Shown: positions 55,328-64,000 of the stretch, in pieces
Layout of the letters: every line of letters starts with the position of its first letter
Position numbering within the stretch: position 1 is the first letter of the stretch
Source: Paraspadella gotoi
Taxonomy: Eukaryota > Animalia > Chaetognatha
DNA: 64,000 nucleotides
NCBI GenBank assembly: GCA_051294375.1
Contig: CM119263.1
Coordinates: 12,875,723 to 12,939,722, forward strand
Reading direction: 5' to 3'
Made by a program: the position numbers and the translations under genes
Notes under the pieces: generated by a model
Told to the model about the DNA's origin: nothing
Seen by the model: only the letters and a program-made list of their open reading frames with translations
Databases searched by the model: none

Positions 55328-56663
55328 CTTGGAGAAAGAGCGGACACTGTCTAACTCTATATTCCAGGATGTAGTAGAGATGTCGCTGCTTTTCGATCTT
55401 CAGAATTTCTCCCTTTTTGATGATGGTGCCCGCTGAATCTGATTCCTCCCACGAGTAGGGATCGAGAGATGGCGGAGGAAACGCCGCCGAAGACGGGGAA
55501 GAGGCGGCCGAAAAGAGAGGCGGGTGGCACGACTGATGCGGCGGCGCTACGGGCATGGCTTCCGAAAACGCCGAGCGCGATGCAAGGCCCAACGTCGACG
55601 CCGAAGATGAGACGATGGAAGTCGCCGGCGCTACGATCGGCAAAGATTTACGCTGCGGCGTGGCGGCCGCAGAGGACGGCGTCGCAGACGCGGATCCGAA
55701 CGATCTCCTCGAAGGCGCCGAAACGCGATGTAAAAGAGACGCGAACGGCGGGGTCACTGCAACCGTTGAAGGGGACAAGGCGCTTCCTTTCAGTGTCGGC
55801 GTCGATCCCTCGCGTGACGCCGCCCATGTTGCGCGTCTGATGTGAGGCGGTTCGTAGCGAGACGGTGGAGGCGGCATGGGGGGCGTTATCGGCATCGGCG
55901 GCGCTATCGGCATCGGCGGTGACAGCTGATGACTAAGCGAATGCTCGTGCAGCGTTGGAAAAAACGGGCCTCTTTCGAAATCCCAGGGAGAAAATCTTTT
56001 CGTCGACTCTAATTTCGATTCCATCTTCGATTCCATCTTTGATTCCTCGAGTGAAATCGTCCCGGATTCGAAACCGGATCTTCCGATTTCCTCTCTCGAT
56101 TCTGGGTTCGATTCCATCGCGGATTCCATCCCCGATTTGATCAAGGATTCCATCTTTGATTGAGTCTCGGAATCCATCACCGAAGGATTTGATTTTATCT
56201 TCGATTCCATTTTAGCTTCGTTCGCCGATTCCATCGTCGCGAGTGTCGCAGGCGGTGAATTTGTCTCGAGGTTCCATTCGGACTCCATTTCGAAGGGTCG
56301 AAGGAGAAAGGGGTGGAACCGGCGCGAAGGTGGCGTGGCGAGAGGCAGCGGCGACGAGAGACTCGGAAAAGTCGGCAAAATGGGATGAGGCAGAAGCGTC
56401 ACATGTGGCAGAAGAGACTCTGATTCGTATTTTTTCTCGGGAGTAATTTTTTTCGCCGTCGTCGCCGTCGTCGTCTTCATCGTCGTCGTCGCTGCGTCGT
56501 TTCTCTTCGATTCATCTTCGCCGATCGTCGAGTTATCAATCTTTGCGGCGCGGCCCTCCGATTCTCTGGCGCCGAATCTCTCGATGTCGGCGCCGCCCAG
56601 ATCACAATTATCGCCGCGGATATCGTCGGCGGCGTCGCTTATGTGCGCGTGTATCGTCGACAT
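55328..56663 (-). CDS. unk: Unkempt-like CCCH zinc-finger RNA-binding protein, exon 1 (long low-complexity N-terminus plus start of ZnF1)
   Basis: ORF 55041..56663 contains EKQRHLYYILEYRVRQCPLFLQ, matching the Unkempt ZnF1 start (EKPxHYxYLKEFRxEQCPLF). A donor CAAG|GTAAC follows at 55327 (phase 1). The start codon is the first ATG of the ORF and is not verified. Confidence 0.88.
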
Positions 56664-59600
56664 TGAGCCGGTTTCTATTTTCAGACTTTTACGGGAAAAT
56701 ATATGTTTCAGACTTAAATGTATCTTTTTCGAATTAGTTTTTTTTTATACTTACTTAAAATATAATTCTTTCTTTAAAATCCCGTAGTCAAAAAAAAAAA
56801 TATACACATAAAAAATTAATGAAAAAAAGTCGTTAATAATATTTTCATTTTTATAAAAAAAATCAATAAAAAAATTACTTAAAATTTATACAAAAGCAAA
56901 GAAACTCGGTAACCGACTGAAGTACGCCATCGAGAAATCGGAAACTTCCCCCCCCCTTTTCGATGAAAGGAAATGGAGTCACGTGTCGGGTACGGCGTCG
57001 GCTCGAGACGATAATAGGGTTATTCTCGAATAAAAAACCCACGAAGAAGGAATAAATAGATACCTACGATATCATAATGATATTATGAAAAAAAAATCCA
57101 TTGATGAAAAAAAAGAAGAAGAAAAAAAAAAGAAAAACACACATACACACACACACACATTTGCAAGAAACTCTCTGCAGTCGCGGAGTCGATTCGACGC
57201 CAACGCAAAATATATTGAAAAAAAAAAATTCTCTTCCATAAAAACATGGAATATTTTTCCTGGTAAAACACATTTGACGCCGCCATCGTCGCGAGACCGC
57301 GAGGGGCGAGAGGGTAGAGAGGTTACGGCAGAAGAGGGCGGCGTTCTTCGGACTTGGCAGACGCGGGCCCGCGCGCCGGATTTAGCTAGGGAAGTCTTAA
57401 GATCGAATCCGTTTTGGATTTTGGTTTTTTTTTCATTCATGGCTGTCGCGATAATTCAATGAAAAACTTTTTTGATCTCTCGATTAAAAGATCAAACCGA
57501 TTCAGGGCTTTAAAGCTTTTTTTTTTAGTCTTCATTTCTCATTTTTCTTTGTGGTCGTTTTTGTTGTTGAAAAAAAAAAAGAATTATGACACCATATTTT
57601 ATATATATATAGATATATATATGATAGTTTCTAATTATTTAAATCTATTTTTATATCTATTTCTATCTTTCTCTATATTTCAATATCTCCTTATCTCTTT
57701 TTTATATTAATACCATAAACAGTATCTCCTTTTCTTTTCATTCTCTATCTGCATCAGTCTTTGCCTTTTTCTTTTTGAATCTCGTTCATCCTAATCCCAT
57801 TCTCTCTATTTTTCTCTCCATCTCTTTATCTCTGCCTTAGCCTCTACCGTGAGATCCTCATTAACAAAATCTGAGAAAGCAATTTTGACGGAAAATCTAT
57901 TAAGGAAAGTCCAAAGGGCGAATCACATTCGAGATTCTCGCGCGGAACGATTCAAATTCAATTTCTACGAAAAAACCGATGGAAAAAAATTGAAATGAAA
58001 CGACGAAGATAAAGAATTTTCTTAAAAGAAAGGGGCAGGCCGGCAGGGGTTAGAAATGAAAGTTTTACCGAGAGAAGGAAAGGTGGATGGGGAAAAAAAG
58101 GGAGGGAGAATGCAAGAGAGAAAAAAAAGGAAATAAATGGAGAGGGAGTGAGGGAGAGAATGCAAGAGAGAAAAAGGGAAATAAGTAGAGAGGGAGTGAG
58201 AGAATGCGAGACAGAACGACGAAATCGCTGACGAAGAGAAAATGGAAGAAAACTTCACGAGGGATCGACGACAGAGAACAACAACAGCAACAACAACAGC
58301 ACCGATTCTGAAAAAAAAGGAAGTAAAAACAAATCCTCCGCGGCTTCCTATTCACCCCCCACCGCTGGCGCAGACGACGCCGCCGAAGCTAGCGGCGCCG
58401 CGGCTCGCGTGACGCCGAAGGGTGATTTTTTTTTCTGGAACCCGGCGTCGGTGGCGTCGCGTGTTCGGGTGACATTTTCGCGGCGTCGTGCGCCGTCGTC
58501 GCCATCGCATACGACGTCAGTTTACGGTTTAGCGCACCAAAACATAAACAACAAACGCAACCTCGACGAAACGCTGGCAGATTTTTTGGGGAATTTTTTT
58601 TACTTTTCTGACTTTATGTTCATCCTTTCTGTTGTAATTATCTTTGATAATAACGTCCCGCCTTTTATTCTTGTTTATTTTTATAACTTTAATATTATCA
58701 TTATTTTTGTCGCGTCTTCCTTCTCTTCCTCCTACCCCTTAAATCCAGATTTCCTTTTCCTTTTTTTGAAAAAAATTAAAATTTCAAGTTTTGAAAAATA
58801 ATTTTGGTTTTTGTGGTTATTGTGGGAGTTCGGCGAAAAATATATCGAAAAAGTTACATGATTTGTACTGTATTATTTTATTACAAACCTGACTAAGAAG
58901 ACGGTTGACGTTTTAAGCAAGTTTATAATCTACTGCAAAATTTCTGAAATCACGAGATTGGTTGTTGTAACGCAATGCAGTAGTGGCATGCTTAATATGA
59001 TGGTTGAGGAGATTCGCGGAATGATTATCTTTGTTCAAATTAGAAAGGGGCAGACAAGGCGACAACTTTTCTTAGCAACTTTTATCAAAGAGGCAGCGGG
59101 AGGCGACGGACGACGGATTATTTGTGGAGGCAGGGTGAGACAGGAGAGGAAGTGGCTGGAGCGGTGATGGCGGCGGCGGAAACGGCGGCGGCGGCGGCGG
59201 CGACATTAACTTAATAAAAAAGTAAAAAAGAAAATATGGGAAAAATTCTGAGCGCCTCCTCCTCTCTCTCGTTCTCCCCCCTCGGCTTTGTGTCATTGAA
59301 GAACCGGGAAATGATGAAGGATTAGCGTCATTTGGCCCAGGAACTCGGGGAAGATGGCGCTGAGGGGCAGCGGGAGGGGACGACGATGGGGGGGGGTAGA
59401 GGCTGCGTCGTTGTCAGCGCCTGCGGATCAAAATCGCTCGTCGATGGAAGGGACAATGAAAAATGCGGAGGCAGAAAGTGGAAACTGTTGCGGAATCGAG
59501 AAACGGATAGGAACTGGGTCAATCGGGAAACGGAAATTAATTTTTGAAAAAAGGTTGGAAGTGAGTCGTGTTTTGACCACGTCATTTATGTTATAATTTA

Positions 59601-60674
59601 TGGATACGCCCTTAAATGAAGTCACCGCAAGGCTTTTTTTTTACCTTGTTAACAAATAACTATGCTTGCTCTCTGATTTTTTTTATAAGAGTATTTTATA
59701 AGAATATTTTATAAAGATCACTTAATATCATTCAAAATAGAAAACGATAGATGATGTAAAAATAACTTTAAAGAGCGGTAGATAAATTTAAACTTATTGG
59801 TCGAACTCTGTTTTAATTTCATTAGACATTAGTAAGCGTTATACTATTTCCCTAACCCCAATCCGCGGCTGACACTTTAATTTTTGAGAAGAACGCAACC
59901 AGACTGCTTCTATCACTATCACAGTATCAGTGACGACCAGGTCCTCTGACCACTTTCACTTTTTCAAAGCGTCGGGCTTTCTATTCTTAATTTCTTCGAT
60001 CCCAAAAATCCGTCTTTCGTCACAAATACGTTTTCTTCCTATGTTACCCGATCAATATTTCTTTTTGGTACCTTTACACTTCTTTTTATGGTTCTTCTTA
60101 TGCCTGATACTCCCTCAATATTCTTTCATCGACCTAAATTCGTACTTATAATTTAGTGTTAGACTTTTTCCTTCTTTCCTCTCACCGCCACCATCCCTTC
60201 CCACGCATTTCCCTTCTTCTTTAGATTCCGCTTTCTCTTTCGTCACCACCGCCCGGAACCACAGTCTCAATCGCTAAAAAAGCCCAACTTCTAATATTCT
60301 CAGTCGTTCCTTTTATGGCTTCGAGGATTTATCACTTTTCAAGCGGCAAGCGGAATCAAGGAATAAAAAGGAGAGAGAATACGGAACCGTTACATTTATT
60401 ACGAAAACTTTTTCGAGGAGGGGGAAACTTTGGCGGGGGAAAGGGGGAGAATGAAAAAGGATTGAGATGCGGGTGAACGTTGAGAGAAGAGAGAAGAAAA
60501 GGAAGGACGTCAAAAGAGAATTATGAGGTACATGTAAATGAAAGAAATTACAGAAATTTATCACCAGTCGCAGTGCTTTGGGTAGTTAACTTAACTTTAC
60601 TTGGGTAGTTAACTTATTCTTTAAAATTTTTTGTAGATGTATCTAAATTACGTTTTGATAAAGAGGGAGAGGGA

Positions 60675-60758
<84 letters not shown>

Positions 60759-61930
60759 GAAAGGAATCTCAATTACGGCGTGGACTGGCATCCATCCATC
60801 ATCTCGGAGACGCCATCGCCGCCAAATAGCGTTTCCATGCCAACTGAGGAAGCGCTCGTCCGTTGCGCTCGCTGTAATCAACAGGGACCCGGCGAAATTA
60901 AATGGGCTTGCTTCCCCCCAACTAAGCTAGTCGCCTCTCCATAGAGACGACAGTTGGCGCTTGGAAATTGCTTTCGTTCGTAAATGAACTCGTGGGAATA
61001 CATTGAGTTTGTGGGGCTTTTTTCTTTGATATGATATTCCAATATATTTTACCTAAAAACCTCATAAATTTTGAACGGTAAAACGTTATTATAATAACTA
61101 ATTACGATTGTCGGTGTCAGACTTTTTTTTATAAAATTTAAAGACGACGAACACTTAATTTTTGCGCAATATGAATATAAATATTATCATGATTTTTATT
61201 GCTCTCGAGAGTAGATGTTCAATTTGTCCAGATGTCCATTGCCCATTCGTACAACCTCAAACTTACTAATCAATTGAATTTCGCTTTCGTTTAATATTAG
61301 TTTTTTATCGTTGCTGTCGCTTTGAATAACTAACGTGGGCGTCGACTCGTGGATATCGGATTTTATTCAATACCAATTAATTTTCCATGAAAAAAAGGTA
61401 AAAGTTATTTACCGCCAGGATGGAGGAATTAACGACGAGAATCAATCGGATGTGGTTATTTACGGATTACGACGATGGATCGAGTAAATTCACTGTTGCA
61501 AGAATATAAATTTTTTTTAATTAAGGAAAATAAGGCCAATATTCGTTTTCCGAATTAAATTTGTATGTACCTCGTCTCTCTCTTATTTATGCAAAAGTCA
61601 TGAAATTCCTTCACTTTTGATTCGATAGATGTAGTAGTGGAAGACGAAAAACAAATTTTCTCAATTTTTCCAGAAACAATGGAAATGGGAAATATGTTGT
61701 TTTTAAAATCCCACTCCAATAAAGACATATTTTACTCCATTTTTTCCTTCCAGTTCAACGCTCGCTCCCCACTCTTCCACGCCCACTCCGACTTTTCCCG
61801 CCTCGTAGACGTTCTTGGTCGCCGTCAGAGGACCGCGCCTTCCGAATCTCTCAGTGGAAATCATGTCTATCTTACTTTCCCTGGAATTCCACTTTTTTAT
61901 CTTTTCCTTTCTTGTAAATGGCTCCGCCTT

Positions 61931-61991
<61 letters not shown>

Positions 61992-63294
61992 TCTCGATGA
62001 TGAATCGACTCGTGACAAAAGGGGAGAAAAAACTCGTTGAAAATCGGTGACTGACTCGTTACGTCTCTCCAAAACGGATATTTTTTTCATGGAGGTGAGG
62101 CCGTTTTCGAAGTAGGTGGGGGTGATCGGACCTGTTTGACGACGAGGGCATTCAAGGCGAGGGGTGTATTGAGGTAGTCAGGTCGTCAGGTGATCGTTGG
62201 GAGCTTAAAATGTTTTTTCTCAAAAGAATAATGCATGTATTTATTGTTAATACGAACCCCCCCCCCCGTTGCCGTTGTGTTATTGCAATTCTTATCTTTT
62301 TTAACAAGGAGGCGAATTTGAAAACGACAAAAAGGCACCAAATGACTTCCGTGCACAAAATGACTCATCCCGAGTTCAACAACCGGTTTAAATTTTATTT
62401 CCCGGAAACGGCAACCAACTTTAAAAAAAAAACACATTAGATCTTTAGGTTATTTCAAAATGCGCCGACTGTAAAAGTTAACGAGCATCAAGGAATAAAA
62501 CGAAGCAATTTAGGAACTAGAAATAAAAAAAAAATAAAAAAAAATAGGGAAAATGGCAACGCTTAACGGAATTTCAAAATTTAAACCGCAGAAAGCGAAC
62601 GCATCTCTCGAGGATAAAGATCACGCGTCTGTACAACTCGCTTCCAGCTAAAATTTAGCCGCGTTTGATTGAACATTGAACGTACAAATTGTTATTTTTT
62701 TTACAAAGTTTTTATTTAAAATATCTATAATTTTTTTAAGGACAAAAATAAATTTCAACTTTAGGGCGAGTCAACTCGTCATCATTCCAGAAATATTCCT
62801 GTTTTTTCCTCTTTGGAAACATTCCTCTTTCCTCTTTCCTCTTTCCTCTTTCCTCCTTCCTCTTTGGAAACATTCCGCCCACGCCCATCGACCCACGAAC
62901 ACTCCCCTCGGAACTGTTGACGCCGCGAGAAAAGTCTTAAAACAAACGAGCGCTCCTCGTCGCGCGTCTCATTGTGATTCCCCTGAACCTCGTCTCGTTA
63001 AATTCGCCAACTTTCGCCCTCCGACCCATTTCCGCCACTTCGGCTCCTTCAATCCCACTCATCCACTCCGAACACCAAAGCATCTTTGACAATACACCAC
63101 CCCGTCCCCCCCCCCCGATAGTTGCCACCCTCCCGTCTTCGCCGATATCCGTGTCTCTATCTCTTCCGCGATTGTAGTGTCGTTAGACCGCGAGTTTATT
63201 CATCAGCGCCGAACTCGCATAAAGATGTGATAGAGGATAACGAAAAAATATTAAAGACGCCCCCGGGACTCAACGAGAGCGTCGTTACGAGAGA

Positions 63295-63373
<79 letters not shown>

Positions 63374-63848
63374 AGAGAAGAGATCAAAAAACATTTCCAT
63401 TTTCCTTTCCATCTTTTTTTGCATATACAGGGTGTTCTGTGCGAATGGAGAAGGCTGTTTTTTTAATTTTGAAAAATATTATGGTATAGGATAAAAACTC
63501 ATCACAACATCAAAAAAACTTTGGAAAGATTTTTAACAACCCTTTTTATTTTTTTTTGGAGGGGGGGCCCTTTTTTCTTTTTTCCCAAAAAAATACGTAT
63601 GATAGAAACGCCTTTTATTAACCCATTAAATTAATCTATGACAGAAAGCTGAGGACACGACTCCGCTAATTTAACGAGTCTTATCACGCCATTCTTCTGA
63701 GCCAGGATATTTTTAAAGAGAGATAGATACTCGTAATACGATTCGTCATTTTTCATTCGAAATTTTCTTCATGGTGTCCAACCCTAGCCTAAATCAGGTC
63801 AACCCAACCCAATTCGAATCTCTTCCCTTTCCCACCTCACAAACTCAC

Positions 63849-64000
63849 CTCGAGTCCTGCGGGTCTCCGCCCCCCGCGCCGGGGTCTTCCGCCACGGCGC
63901 AGGAGCACTGCGAATCGAAGGCGGCGGCGCCGACACCGCCGCCGTTGACGTCTCTGGCGGGAGCGGCGACGATGGAACCATCGGGCAAGGTGACGAATCC
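63849..64000 (-). CDS. partial coding exon of an unidentified gene extending beyond the window
   Basis: Strong donor GAG|GTGAGT at 63848. Open GC-rich frame GFVTLPDGSIVAAPARDVNGGGVGAAAFDSQCSCAVAEDPGAGGGDPQDS with GTC/GCC/GGC codon bias like the unk exons. Confidence 0.55.

Overview
This is AT-rich eukaryotic (animal-like) genomic DNA with dense (GA)n/(TC)n microsatellites. Most ORFs in the supplied track are repeat artefacts. Supported content: (1) A six-exon minus-strand Unkempt-family gene (56663 to 41371, about 867 aa). It keeps CCCH fingers 1-3 and the coiled coil, lacks fingers 4-6 and a recognisable RING, carries a roughly 420-aa N-terminal low-complexity extension, and may use a non-canonical GG splice donor. 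(2) A full-length hAT-superfamily DNA transposon (4428-8332) with TIRs, a perfect 8-bp TSD and a frameshifted, intron-containing transposase. (3) Several Penelope-like inverted-repeat remnants carrying minimal hammerhead-ribozyme motifs; two of the inverted pairs lie inside unk introns. (4) A palindrome of about 12 kb (11.9-23.9 kb) and a direct/inverted duplication complex (24.3-36.5 kb). Their indel-rich divergence and adjacent 25-N gaps point to assembly or amplification artefacts. (5) A partial exon of another gene at the right edge. All coordinates were read by eye and no searches were run.
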